From contig CAYPSA010000002.1 of assembly GCA_964413645.1 (NCBI GenBank), positions 86,508-150,507 on the forward strand: a DNA stretch of 64,000 nt. The letters are read 5' to 3'. The position numbers and the translations under genes are program-made. This document shows positions 1 through 9,209 of this stretch, piece by piece. The notes under the pieces were generated by a model. The model was not told the DNA's origin. It did not search any database and saw nothing but the letters and a program-made list of their open reading frames with translations. How positions within the stretch are numbered: the first letter of the stretch is position 1; the number at the start of each line of letters is the position of its first letter. The DNA comes from an uncultured Gammaproteobacteria bacterium. Its GTDB lineage: Bacteria > Patescibacteriota > Microgenomatia > UBA1406 > HO2-37-13b.

Positions 1-162
1 CAAAATGGCATTGGAACAACTAAAGCTGAATATGAATTTGATATCAAGCAGACAAGTAAACTCATCAAACTTCTCACTGATGCATATGTAAAAACAAAAG
101 CCTCCCCAATTGAATCACTTCCGCTGGAAATTGCATTGATTGAGTACTCGCAATCTAACTAA
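1..162 (+). CDS. dnaX: DNA polymerase III gamma/tau subunit, C-terminal fragment (5' part outside window)
   Basis: Frame 1 is open from the window edge to TAA at 160-162. The tail ...ESLPLEIALIEYSQSN resembles the helical C-terminal end of DnaX. dnaX classically precedes ybaB-recR, which lie ~2.5 kb downstream. Only 53 codons are visible. Confidence 0.35.
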   Translation, partial: QNGIGTTKAEYEFDIKQTSKLIKLLTDAYVKTKASPIESLPLEIALIEYSQSN

Positions 163-204
163 ACATTGACAGGACTAATCACAAAACCCTATACTGCATA
201 TATC

Positions 205-1872
205 ATGCACGCGAAAAGGGGAGAGATTGCCACAATTCTAACACTAGCATCTTTGGTCGTTATGGCCGTTGGTCTTTATTTTGGCAGCACACGAAAACCC
301 GATTTATCACGCAGCAAAGCCGCTGAGGATTGTTTATATAATGCAACAGCAGTTGTCGTAAAAGGAACGGAAGATGGGCCACTATTAACACTAGAAGAAA
401 ACAATGGTGTACCACTTAAAGTGGTCAATGATAAAGGTCAAGAAGGCAATTTCATCCAAACACCTACGGGCTATTTTTATAACTTTACCCAAGATCCTTT
501 CAAGTTTGGTCCATATCATCGTCCAATCGAGGATGTTCCCGATAAGGCATATGTAGATCTGATTGGACTTGATGAAGAATCACCTAACGGATGGTATATA
601 AAAAAGACGTTTTGCACCCCTATTAACCGTAGGCTAGGCTGTGGAACGCCAACAGACCCTGTACAATTACCCCCTGATTTGCGAATCTCTAATTTTCATA
701 TTTCATGTGGAGTACATATAAGATATGGATGGGTTGTTGAAAATAAGGCAAAAGCAACGCCCACACTTACTATTGCGCCAACCGCAAAAATCCCTACAGC
801 AACCAATACTCCAACCGCCACACCTACGACAACTCCAACAAATACACCCACATCGACTCCACGACCGACAGCGACCATACGACCTACATCAACTCCAACC
901 AATACACCTACTAGCACTCCTACAAACACTCCAACTCCTATTCCAACAAGGCAGCAAGCGGTTTGTAATACAGCTATAACCGCGGGAAGATATAGTCCCG
1001 ATGCAGATATTAAATTCTGGGAAATGGGAAACACGGCGGGCACTGTTTATCTATCGTATGGAATGTATGGAATACCAGATGAACTCAAAATTTCGCATGA
1101 CGATGAAACAGTATTTGAAACCAATGGAGTAACTGCTGGAGCCAGATCAAACATTCCGATACAATACATCCCGAAAACCTCAACAAAATTCAAAGCCTCT
1201 CTTACTAGTAGTCGAGATAGAATAAATACAATTTGGTGGTATGCATTGTCGTGTCCACGCGATCCAATCCCAACAACCTCATTATGTATTGCGGCTCATC
1301 CAATAAAATCAATTTCAGGAACAATTAAATTCGATCCTCAAATTTCTGAAGCATGCAGGGATAATAATTGTAAGGTACGAGTACTACTTGAACAAAAAAA
1401 TACAGGAACCTTGGTTCAAGAAGCAACTGGACCTGATTATCGGTATTCCTTTGGAGCTGTGAAAATTGATCCGGGCACACACATAATTGTAGATAGAGTT
1501 GAAATCCCCAACAGGTCTTCGGGACTTAATGAAACAGCAATACCATCGAATTGTTTTGGATCCAGAAAAATTCGTGAACATGATACGGCGTGTGGGATTG
1601 ATATGTCAAAGGAATTTGACTGTCAAGCAACAAATGTAGACTTTATAGTAACTAATTTTGGCAGATCACCAACTGCAACGCAAAATCCGTTAATAATAGT
1701 TGATATTAATAAAGACCGACGAATAAATATTGTCGACTTAGGATTGGCACTAAAGGCTTTCGGATCAAAAGCAAAAGGCAATCCCGCAGATATTAACAAG
1801 GATGGAGTTGTTAATACTCTTGATGTCGCACGGGTAATTGGCAACCTCAGCAAGTCTGTTTCACTAGAATAG
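205..1872 (+). CDS. cell-surface/secreted protein: N-terminal membrane anchor, Pro/Thr-rich linker, Cys-bracketed beta-rich modules, C-terminal dockerin-like repeat pair
   Basis: ORF-track frame is 166..1872; the first ATG is at 205 (MHAKRGEIATILTLASLVVMAVGLYFG = TM/signal anchor). A ~70-aa TPT/NTPTSTP linker spans nt ~770-950. The C-terminus has two D-x-N-x-D-x-x-x-N-x-x-D loops (DINKDRRINIVDL and DINKDGVVNTLDV), typical of type I dockerin. Confidence 0.75.
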   Translation: MHAKRGEIATILTLASLVVMAVGLYFGSTRKPDLSRSKAAEDCLYNATAVVVKGTEDGPLLTLEENNGVPLKVVNDKGQEGNFIQTPTGYFYNFTQDPFKFGPYHRPIEDVPDKAYVDLIGLDEESPNGWYIKKTFCTPINRRLGCGTPTDPVQLPPDLRISNFHISCGVHIRYGWVVENKAKATPTLTIAPTAKIPTATNTPTATPTTTPTNTPTSTPRPTATIRPTSTPTNTPTSTPTNTPTPIPTRQQAVCNTAITAGRYSPDADIKFWEMGNTAGTVYLSYGMYGIPDELKISHDDETVFETNGVTAGARSNIPIQYIPKTSTKFKASLTSSRDRINTIWWYALSCPRDPIPTTSLCIAAHPIKSISGTIKFDPQISEACRDNNCKVRVLLEQKNTGTLVQEATGPDYRYSFGAVKIDPGTHIIVDRVEIPNRSSGLNETAIPSNCFGSRKIREHDTACGIDMSKEFDCQATNVDFIVTNFGRSPTATQNPLIIVDINKDRRINIVDLGLALKAFGSKAKGNPADINKDGVVNTLDVARVIGNLSKSVSLE

Positions 1873-1908
1873 CTTCCAGAGCCTTCGAGTATGATAAAAT
1901 AGAGGATT

Positions 1909-2583
1909 ATGGGAGCACCAGGTAAGGAAGGACTTAAATTTATTAAAAATCATCCTAAAGCCAGTGGTGGTATTGCGGCAACTGCTCTACTGATTACAGG
2001 AGTAATGTGTGCTGGCACAATGCGTGCGCTTGAACTTGGCATCGATGTTTTTGCCCCAACGGGCGAAATAGCACCCGGGCCAATAATACCCGGACGTCTT
2101 CAACCAGACACTCAACCCGCAAGTAATATTAAGCCAGAAGGTGGCTGTTTAGTGGTAAATCAAGGCGATACCCCCGCCGGTTTGCTCGCTCGAACCGGAG
2201 AACGTTTATATCCTGGCAAGAGAATAAAAGTTATCTACACTGCAATTGGACATGGCGGTGGACAAGAATATTTTCCAGCAAACGATTTAACAGATCTTGG
2301 CAAAATAAGTCGTGTCATTTGGGCTGGTGATAATTTCTGTCCTGAAAATCCAGTTCAAATTAGAACTGATACTCAATCATCAGCTGCTTGTGTAACAGTT
2401 TACGACGGCAGCACTATCTCAGGTATTATCCGCACCTTAAGCGCCCCTGACGGAATTACAGATTTCATTATAGTTAATCGTTTAGGTCAAGGTAGTGATA
2501 GAACTACCTCTATAAATCCACTCAGTGAACTCACTTACATGCGCTCAGACATCAGACGCGGAGACCAAGTATGTGTGGAATGA
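1909..2583 (+). CDS. membrane-anchored hypothetical protein with two Cys-bracketed repeats
   Basis: The ATG is preceded by AGAGGA 5 nt upstream. There is an N-terminal TM (GGIAATALLITGVMCAGTM). Two ~65-aa segments each begin and end with Cys and carry V-x-x-GDT/GST-x-x-G, weakly LysM-like. No family recognised. Confidence 0.55.
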   Translation: MGAPGKEGLKFIKNHPKASGGIAATALLITGVMCAGTMRALELGIDVFAPTGEIAPGPIIPGRLQPDTQPASNIKPEGGCLVVNQGDTPAGLLARTGERLYPGKRIKVIYTAIGHGGGQEYFPANDLTDLGKISRVIWAGDNFCPENPVQIRTDTQSSAACVTVYDGSTISGIIRTLSAPDGITDFIIVNRLGQGSDRTTSINPLSELTYMRSDIRRGDQVCVE

Positions 2584-2655
2584 TACTTTTACCCCATGAC
2601 TTCCCGGGCAAAATATGGTACTCTTTGACCAGTTATTATTTGAATATTTATTCAT

Positions 2656-2919
2656 ATGTTTAATCCACTAAAAGGCCTTGGAGACTTGCGACAAATGCAA
2701 CAGCAAGCACAGAAAATGCAGGCAGCATTACAGTTAGAAGAAGTTATTATTGAAAAAAATGGCGTAAAAGTTGTTTTGCGCGGCGATCAGCACGTAAAAG
2801 AAATTGAAATCGATGGAGTTTCTGAACATCGAGTAGTCGAAGCTATTAATGAAGGTGTTAAAAAGACACAAGAACTTGCAGCTCGAAAGCTCATCGAAAT
2901 TAGCCAAGCACAAGGATAA
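2656..2919 (+). CDS. ybaB: YbaB/EbfC family nucleoid-associated protein
   Basis: 87 aa. The N-terminus MFNPLKGLGDLRQMQQQAQKMQ and the size are typical of YbaB. It sits in the ybaB...recR neighbourhood. Confidence 0.85.
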   Translation: MFNPLKGLGDLRQMQQQAQKMQAALQLEEVIIEKNGVKVVLRGDQHVKEIEIDGVSEHRVVEAINEGVKKTQELAARKLIEISQAQG

Positions 2920-2928
2920 GCCTGTTTT

Positions 2929-3876
2929 ATGAAACTATTTTCTACTACCGCAAGCGCGGATTTAGCTACTGAAGTTGCACAAAAACTTTCGTTTTCTTTA
3001 GGAAAAAGTGAAATTATCCGATTTGAAAATTCAGAAGTGCGCATTCGAATTACAGAAGATGTAGCAAATGAAACATGTTTCGTTTTAGGCTCCAGTTCTA
3101 ACCCCACCGACCAACATTTAATGGAACTATTCTTCTTCGCCGATGCGTTAAAACGTTCCGAAGCTGCAAAAGTAATTGGAATTATTCCGTATTTTGGATA
3201 CGCACGTCAAAACATTCAACACCGACCGGGCGAAAGCGTGTCGGTAAATGTCGTCATTCGATTCTTGGAGCAGATCGGATACGATGAAATTGCACTATTC
3301 GAAATGCACGACGAAGCGACGGCAGGAGTGTTTACTATTCCATTTAATGCGTTAAGTGCGTTTCCACTATTGGCCCCAGCGATTAGGTCTCACTTAGAAT
3401 CTACAGGGGTATCCCACGATGTAACTGATTGCGTTGTTGTAACTCCAGACCAAGGTGGAGTGGAACGTGCTCGACACTTTGGAGAATTTTTGTATGGAAA
3501 TTCAGAATTTGATATTGGAGTAGTCGAAAAAAAACGCGACCAAGACCTTGTACATACTTCTAAAGCACTAGATTTATACGGCAATGTGAATGATAAAGTT
3601 GTAATTTTAGTTGACGATATCATTACCTCCGGAGGAACGCTTATTAACGCAGCTAATATTTGCAAAGAAAAAGGAGCAAAACAAGTTGTTGCAGCAGTTA
3701 CGCATTATGATATCGGGTACGATAGAGCGAAAGCATTACAAGAAAGTGCGATTGATGCTTTTTTCACCACCAACAGCATTGCAATTTCACCGGAAAATAA
3801 ATTTAAAAAACTGCACACAATCTCAATCGCCCCGCTTATCGCTGATTACATTTCCGGTATGACTACTTTTTCATGA
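2929..3876 (+). CDS. prs: ribose-phosphate pyrophosphokinase
   Basis: 315 aa with an N-terminal Prs domain (IRFENSEVRIRI) and the PRPP-binding loop VLVDDIITSGGTLINAA. Its stop overlaps the recR start (ATGA). Confidence 0.9.
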   Translation: MKLFSTTASADLATEVAQKLSFSLGKSEIIRFENSEVRIRITEDVANETCFVLGSSSNPTDQHLMELFFFADALKRSEAAKVIGIIPYFGYARQNIQHRPGESVSVNVVIRFLEQIGYDEIALFEMHDEATAGVFTIPFNALSAFPLLAPAIRSHLESTGVSHDVTDCVVVTPDQGGVERARHFGEFLYGNSEFDIGVVEKKRDQDLVHTSKALDLYGNVNDKVVILVDDIITSGGTLINAANICKEKGAKQVVAAVTHYDIGYDRAKALQESAIDAFFTTNSIAISPENKFKKLHTISIAPLIADYISGMTTFS

Positions 3877-4481
3877 ACAAGCTTCCTAATTCACTCCAGA
3901 AAACGATCGACTTTTTTGAAAAGCTTCCATCTATTGGTGGCAAAACCGCTCGAAGACTCGGGTTTTACTTACTTCGTATGCCCCAAGCAGATTTAGAGGA
4001 GTTTGCGCAATCAATTTTAGAACTTAAAAAAAAGTCTCTTTATTGCAAAACATGCATGAATTTGACCGAAGATGAATTTTGTTTCATATGTTCACAGTCC
4101 GACCGCGACAAGAATGTTATTACCGTTGTAGAAGATGTGATCGACCTGCTCTCCATGGAAGCAGGTAATCAATACAAAGGAGTGTATCACGTTCTTCACG
4201 GCCGCATAGACCCATTAAATTATATTGGACCCGACGATATATATATTCCACAACTCTTGACCCGACTTAAAGAACATGAGAGCATACAAGAGATTATTTT
4301 GGCAACAAATCCAAATACTGAAGGCGAAGCAACCGCACTGTATTTAAAAAAGCAAATTCTAGGAATTCGGCCAAATATTCGCATTAGCAGACTCGCATAC
4401 GGACTACCTATTGGAGCAGATTTGGAATATGCAGACTATTTGACGCTCCAAAGGGCAATGGAAGGAAGAAATGAGTTTTAA
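3873..4481 (+). CDS. recR: recombination protein RecR
   Basis: 202 aa with HhH LPSIGGKTARRLGFYLL, C4 zinc finger CKTCMNLTEDEFCFIC and Toprim ILATNPNTEGEATALYL. Confidence 0.92.
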   Translation: MNKLPNSLQKTIDFFEKLPSIGGKTARRLGFYLLRMPQADLEEFAQSILELKKKSLYCKTCMNLTEDEFCFICSQSDRDKNVITVVEDVIDLLSMEAGNQYKGVYHVLHGRIDPLNYIGPDDIYIPQLLTRLKEHESIQEIILATNPNTEGEATALYLKKQILGIRPNIRISRLAYGLPIGADLEYADYLTLQRAMEGRNEF

Positions 4482-6148
4482 ACGCTAATAATCTCTACGC
4501 TCACCAGTGGCTTACGGCCAGTTTTAGTTAGAAAATATTGTTCCAAATTTCGTGCCGTCTCCGCTCGCACTATCGTATCGTTAAACGGATGATCTTTTTT
4601 CGGCTTCAATACCCGTTCAACAACTTCTTGTGCGCCACCAAAAATTGCTGCTTCGTCGTTTTTAAAAATAAATCCATGCGAAATAAATTCAGGTTTTCCA
4701 ACTAATTTATATGTCGCATCCATAACGAGTACGGCAACTGCTATACCATCCGTCGAGAGTGTTTTTCGATCGCGTAAAATTACGTTTCCAACATCACCCA
4801 CACCATACGCATCAACAAAAATGTTTCTTGTTTCAATTCTTTCTCCTGCATGGGTACTTCCACGTTCAAACACATATGTTTCTCCTTCTTTTAATAAATG
4901 GACCATTTCCGATCTGAATCCTAGTTTTTTTGCCATATCACCGTAAATTCGCTGATGTAACACCGTTCCGCCAATAGGAATTAAATGCTTTGGTTTGGTA
5001 AGTCGGGCCAAGAGTTTTAGATCTTCCTCGTTACCGTGTCCTGAAGCATGCAAACCCTCAGCGATACCAGAATACACAACTTCTGCACCGCAGCCATAAA
5101 GTCGCTCAACCAGCTCATTCACTTCTTCTTCCTGACCAGGAATAGGGTCTGCTGAAAAAAATACCTTGTCTCCAGCTTCAATTTTTATGAATTTATTTTT
5201 ATCGTTGGCGATTTTAGAAAGTGCGCTGTCGTATTGTCCTTGAGAGCCAGCAGCAATGATACATAAACTCGAAGGTCGCATACGCGACGCTTTTCGTTCA
5301 TCAACTAAAAATCGTTCATGAATTGGAAAGTAGCCAATTTCTCGCGCAATATCTGAATTCCCCTTCATGGATCGCCCCATAAACACAATTGAACGATTAT
5401 ATTTAACCGCAGCTTCGGCGCATTGGCGGATACGGGAAATATTGCTGGAAACGGTGGTCATTATAAATTTACCTTTGGTGGTTCGGATTTCGTCTTCAAA
5501 AGCTTTTCCAACAATGTTTTCTGAAAGTGTAAATCCTTCACGCGCCACTCCCAAACAATCGGAAAGTAGGCAATCCACACCTTCTTCTCCGGCTTTAGTA
5601 ATTTCATAAAAATCTGGGGGCTCGCCATATGGAGGTGTTAAGTCCAATTTGAAATCAGGACCATGATAAAAATTTCCAACAGGGGATTTTATATAAATAT
5701 GCGTTGCATCAGGAATTGAATGCGTCATGTGTATAAAACGCGCGGTCATATTTCCAAATGAATAGTTTTGACGAAAAGCAATTTGATTTACTTTAATGCG
5801 TTTCTCATATTCTTTAAACTTCTCCTCAACAAGGAGTGAAGTGAGTTTACTTGCGTATACCGGAGGAGAACCTAAGGCTTCGTAATGAAACCGTAGCGCA
5901 GAAATATGATCTTCATGCCCGTGGGTAAGTAAAATCGCACGAATTTTATGAACCTTATCTTTCAAGTACGAAATATCGGGAATAATAAAATCGACGCCTA
6001 AATCTTTCTCACGGGGAAACCCAATACCGCAGTCGACAATAAGAATATCTTCAATCTCGCCGTTTTTATACAATTCATACACATACATGTTTTTGGTAAC
6101 ATCTACGATTCCGCCTAAGGGGATAAACCGGAGTTTAAATTGATCCAT
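4478..6148 (-). CDS. rnj: ribonuclease J (metallo-beta-lactamase/beta-CASP)
   Basis: 556 aa with the motif LTHGHEDHISAL and overall RNase J domain order. Its 3' end overlaps the recR stop by 4 bp (convergent). Confidence 0.9.
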   Translation of the reverse strand: MDQFKLRFIPLGGIVDVTKNMYVYELYKNGEIEDILIVDCGIGFPREKDLGVDFIIPDISYLKDKVHKIRAILLTHGHEDHISALRFHYEALGSPPVYASKLTSLLVEEKFKEYEKRIKVNQIAFRQNYSFGNMTARFIHMTHSIPDATHIYIKSPVGNFYHGPDFKLDLTPPYGEPPDFYEITKAGEEGVDCLLSDCLGVAREGFTLSENIVGKAFEDEIRTTKGKFIMTTVSSNISRIRQCAEAAVKYNRSIVFMGRSMKGNSDIAREIGYFPIHERFLVDERKASRMRPSSLCIIAAGSQGQYDSALSKIANDKNKFIKIEAGDKVFFSADPIPGQEEEVNELVERLYGCGAEVVYSGIAEGLHASGHGNEEDLKLLARLTKPKHLIPIGGTVLHQRIYGDMAKKLGFRSEMVHLLKEGETYVFERGSTHAGERIETRNIFVDAYGVGDVGNVILRDRKTLSTDGIAVAVLVMDATYKLVGKPEFISHGFIFKNDEAAIFGGAQEVVERVLKPKKDHPFNDTIVRAETARNLEQYFLTKTGRKPLVSVEIISV

Positions 6149-6196
6149 AAGCAGAGTATAGCATATAATATCATCCTTAGAGTCCTCATCTGCTTG

Positions 6197-6250
6197 CCCT
6201 GAGCTTGCCGAAGGGTCATTCTGATCCGCCAGTAGGCGGAGAAGAATCTG
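6197..6250 (+). repeat. composite short hairpin repeat: module A (CCCTGAGCTTGCCGAAGGG) fused to module B (GTCATTCTGA..GAAGAATCTG)
   Basis: Module A is at 6197-6215. Module B is at 6215-6250, where the outer ATTCT/AGAAT stem encloses an inner TCCGCC-AGTA-GGCGGA hairpin. Related copies are at 7144, 7185, 17672, 21848, 61726 and 63107. Confidence 0.75.
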
Positions 6251-6274
6251 GGTGTTTCGTGTTAAAATATAAAC

Positions 6275-6577
6275 ATGGATCCCAAACTAAAAACAAAAAT
6301 AATGAAAAAATTGAACGATGTTATGGATCCTGAACTCTATATTTCTATCGTCGATTTGGGCCTCGTATATGATCTTTCCATGCGCTCCGATGTTGTTACT
6401 GTAAAAATGACCCTTACCACCATGGGTTGTCCATTATTCGATATGCTAGAAGCTGATATTAAGAAAAAAATCATGAGCATTAAAACCATAAAGGATGTTC
6501 GAATTAATTTAGTTTTTGACCCGCCCTGGAACACGGAAATGATGACCGAACAGGGTCGGGCTCAAATGGGTCTATAA
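6275..6577 (+). CDS. DUF59/MIP18-family metal-sulfur cluster assembly protein
   Basis: 100 aa with the core VMDPELYISIVDLGLVYD...TLTTMGCP typical of DUF59 (SufT/PaaD-like). Confidence 0.8.
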   Translation: MDPKLKTKIMKKLNDVMDPELYISIVDLGLVYDLSMRSDVVTVKMTLTTMGCPLFDMLEADIKKKIMSIKTIKDVRINLVFDPPWNTEMMTEQGRAQMGL

Positions 6578-6579
6578 CT

Positions 6580-7071
6580 ATGAATAACTCACGTTTTGGA
6601 GACGATTCCTACGAAAAAGCCGCAGAAGCTGGCTACGGTATGCAACAAAAAGCAAAAAAAGCCGTAAAAAGCCAAGTAAAGCAACTTGCGAAAGATTTTT
6701 TCGATGGTTTTACTGGAAAAGAGAGTAAGCCAGCTGGTCCGCGAAATTACGATGCCCTAACAAGCGCGCATTTAAACAAATTCAAGAAAAATTTCGAAGC
6801 CCAAGATGCCCAGAAAATGGAGAATCTGAAAGCCGTCCTTTTTAAGCATGTAAACGAGGATGCCGCTCAAGCAGTTCAAGCACGTGAACAAGCGGAACGG
6901 GAACGTTTACGCCAAATGGAGGAAGAGGAAATGAGAGATCAACAAGAAAAAGCACAAGAGCAGGGAGGTATGGTTACGGCTCCCCAAGGAAAGGCACAAC
7001 GAAATACATTAGGCAAACAAGCAAAAAAGAATACCCAAGCAGAAACCCGAGGAGGAAAGAGTCAGTTTTAA
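6580..7071 (+). CDS. hypothetical Lys/Gln/Glu-rich protein
   Basis: 163 aa, highly charged and low-complexity (ERERLRQMEEEEMRDQQEKAQEQ). It starts 2 nt after the upstream stop. No family recognised. Confidence 0.5.
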   Translation: MNNSRFGDDSYEKAAEAGYGMQQKAKKAVKSQVKQLAKDFFDGFTGKESKPAGPRNYDALTSAHLNKFKKNFEAQDAQKMENLKAVLFKHVNEDAAQAVQAREQAERERLRQMEEEEMRDQQEKAQEQGGMVTAPQGKAQRNTLGKQAKKNTQAETRGGKSQF

Positions 7072-7143
7072 CGGGATGTAGTTCATCGGTAGAATTCTCC
7101 GTTCGGGACGGAGAGGCACCGGGTTCAATTCCCGGCATCCCGA
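7072..7143 (+). tRNA. tRNA-Pro (anticodon CGG)
   Basis: Manual cloverleaf: acceptor CGGGATG/CATCCCG, D stem GTTC/GAAT, anticodon stem CTCCG/CGGAG. The anticodon loop is TTCGGGA (U33, CGG, G37) and the T arm is CCGGG-TTCAATT-CCCGG. Discriminator A73 and C1:G72 match bacterial tRNA-Pro. CCA is not encoded. Confidence 0.9.
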
Positions 7144-7203
7144 CCCTTCGACAAGCTCAGGGTCTTTGACTGCTTGGAGAAGGGCTCTGAGCCTGCCGAA
7201 GAG
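7144..7203. repeat. inverted pair of module-A repeats forming an imperfect long hairpin immediately 3' of tRNA-Pro
   Basis: CCCTTCGACAAGCTCAGGG (7144-7162) is the reverse complement of the module-A type seen at 6197. CTCTGAGCCTGCCGAAGAG (7185-7203) is a diverged forward copy. 15 of 19 positions can pair. Confidence 0.7.
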
Positions 7204-7214
7204 CAGATTGCGAT

Positions 7215-7243
7215 TTGTGCTCTTACCCCACACTTGTTACAAT
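7215..7243 (+). promoter_or_regulatory. putative sigma70-type promoter of the MurF-like operon
   Basis: TTGTGC (7215-7220), a 17-nt spacer, then TACAAT (7238-7243). The ATG follows 5 nt later, with no SD. Confidence 0.4.
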
Positions 7244-7248
7244 AAGAT

Positions 7249-8520
7249 ATGTTCTCATCATTCAAGCGCACGTTATATTTCCCAATAGCATCATATTTTG
7301 CCTTTTTCGCCCGAATTAAGCTGAATCGGTGGAACCCAAAGATTGTTGCCATAACCGGTTCGAGTGGAAAAACGACAGTTTTGCATTTAATTGAAGCGCA
7401 GCTGGGAACTGAGGCGCATTATTCGCATCACGCAAACAGTGCATTTGGCGTGCCGTTTAACATTCTAGGATTAGAAAGAAAGACGCTTTCCAAATGGGAA
7501 TGGCCACTTTTGTTCTTAAAGGCGCCTTTTGCTACATTTGGAACATACCCTACTCAAAAACTTTATATCGTAGAAGTTGATACTGATCGCCCTGGCGAAG
7601 GAGCATTTTTGGGAAAACTCTTACAGCCAAATATTACGCTCTGGATTTCAAGCTCGCGCACACATAGTGCAAATTTTGATATTTGCGTTAGTAAAGGATG
7701 GTGTTCCACTGTTGAAGCAGCAATTGCAAACGAGTATGCATTTTTACCGCAATACACCAAAGAAACTGTTTACGTGAATGCCGACAATCCGCTGATGGTA
7801 ACTCACGTAACGCGAACGAAAGCATCAATCCGCGAAATTAGAATGGACAATACATTTTCACATACGGTATTCAAAAGTAAAACAGATTTCAAAATAGGAA
7901 ATACGACGTATACATTCAGCTATTTACTACCAAAGGAACTCTATTATGGTTTACGTATGACCATTGATCTAATTACATCCCTCGGATATCCTATCGACCC
8001 TACATTTTCCCGTCTTTCGCTTCCTCCGAGCCGGAATTCACTTTTTGAAGGTATTAAAGATACAACCATCATTGATAGTACCTATAATGCCAACTTATCT
8101 TCATTTAGCGCAATTCTTTCATTATTTTCTCAGTATCCTGCACACAATAAATGGCTGGTGCTTGGAGGCATGCTTGAACAAGGGAAAAGTGAGCAAGAAG
8201 AACACGAAAAACTTGCAGATTTAATAGCCGCCCTTGAGCCAAAAAAAGTTATACTAATGGGCGACAAGGCGGGAACGTACATGTATCCAAAACTTAAAGT
8301 TGCATTTGATGGAAAAGTTGAGGTTTTGAAATTTGCAACACAAAAACAGGTACTTGACTACATTCAAGAAAATCTTAAAGGTGGAGAAACACTGCTATTT
8401 AAGGGCGGAACATTGATGGAAGGGGTTGTTGAACATTTACTAGCAAATAAAGACGATAGCAACAAGTTATGCAGGCGCGAGAACGTATGGGTCGAGCGCC
8501 GTAAAAACGCAGATTTATGA
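7249..8520 (+). CDS. Mur ligase family protein (MurF-like, short N-terminal domain)
   Basis: 423 aa with P-loop VAITGSSGKTTV, and SAFGVPFNILG and IDSTYNAN motifs as in MurF. Only ~35 residues precede the P-loop. Confidence 0.8.
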   Translation: MFSSFKRTLYFPIASYFAFFARIKLNRWNPKIVAITGSSGKTTVLHLIEAQLGTEAHYSHHANSAFGVPFNILGLERKTLSKWEWPLLFLKAPFATFGTYPTQKLYIVEVDTDRPGEGAFLGKLLQPNITLWISSSRTHSANFDICVSKGWCSTVEAAIANEYAFLPQYTKETVYVNADNPLMVTHVTRTKASIREIRMDNTFSHTVFKSKTDFKIGNTTYTFSYLLPKELYYGLRMTIDLITSLGYPIDPTFSRLSLPPSRNSLFEGIKDTTIIDSTYNANLSSFSAILSLFSQYPAHNKWLVLGGMLEQGKSEQEEHEKLADLIAALEPKKVILMGDKAGTYMYPKLKVAFDGKVEVLKFATQKQVLDYIQENLKGGETLLFKGGTLMEGVVEHLLANKDDSNKLCRRENVWVERRKNADL

Positions 8521-9206
8521 AAACAGTATACATTTTACACGGATGGACATATTCTACAAACAAATGGAAACCTCTCCAGACCAAACTTGAAAAAGAAAAA
8601 GTAAACACTATTTTACTGCGAATTCCTGGGCTTACCACCACAATCGATAGAGCGTACTCGATTGATGACTATGTTAACTGGCTCGACATGGAACTTCCCA
8701 AAGATGAAAAAGTCGTTATTGCCGGACATTCCAATGGGGGACGACTCGCACTGCACTTTGCCAAAAAATTCCCTGAACGAGTTGAGCATTTATTTTTAAT
8801 CGATAGTGCAGGGGTGTATCATGACGATTTGTTCTCAAAAATAAAACGAGGATCTTTTCGACTAGCAGCAAAAATCGGGAAAAAATTTACCAGTTCTGCC
8901 ATAGCTCAAAAACTTCTATATAAGGCTGCTCGAGAATCGGATTATCACAATGCAAATCCGGTAATGAAGCAGACAATGAAAAACTTACTTGAAAGCGACA
9001 AAACACTCTCGCTAACTGCCGTAAACGTGCCTACTACAATTATTTGGGGCGAAAAAGATATGACGACACCGCTTATTGACGGACTTATTATGCACGCAAA
9101 AATTAAGAATTCGAAAATGTATACCATCAGCGAGGCAATGCATAGTCCTCAATTTAGTCACCCTGAAAAAGTTGCTGCAATTATTGTGCAATTATTCGAG
9201 CAATAG
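8517..9206 (+). CDS. alpha/beta hydrolase
   Basis: 229 aa with the nucleophile elbow GHSNGG and a C-terminal His region (MHSPQFSHPEKV). ATGA overlap with the upstream gene. Confidence 0.75.
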   Translation: MKTVYILHGWTYSTNKWKPLQTKLEKEKVNTILLRIPGLTTTIDRAYSIDDYVNWLDMELPKDEKVVIAGHSNGGRLALHFAKKFPERVEHLFLIDSAGVYHDDLFSKIKRGSFRLAAKIGKKFTSSAIAQKLLYKAARESDYHNANPVMKQTMKNLLESDKTLSLTAVNVPTTIIWGEKDMTTPLIDGLIMHAKIKNSKMYTISEAMHSPQFSHPEKVAAIIVQLFEQ

Positions 9207-9209
9207 CGT

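Noticed and set aside
770-950. Periodic DNA here, and at 20302..20394, considered as a CRISPR array or non-coding tandem repeats
   Set aside because: Both are in-frame coding repeats (a PT linker and heptad units). There are no spacer-like unique segments and no cas genes.
696-1043. 115-aa minus-strand ORF (and the 84-aa plus-strand ORF 725..979) over the Pro/Thr linker region
   Set aside because: These are alternative-frame or antisense readings of the low-complexity ACN/CCN repeat DNA of the 205-1872 gene. They give homopolymer-like V/G or Q/L/P strings and have no independent start context.
7009-7352. Minus-strand ORFs 7009..7233 and 7125..7352
   Set aside because: They run antisense through tRNA-Pro and the module-A repeats (giving PELVEGS / LSLSKGR peptides) and into the MurF-like gene start. 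They are repeat translations, not genes.
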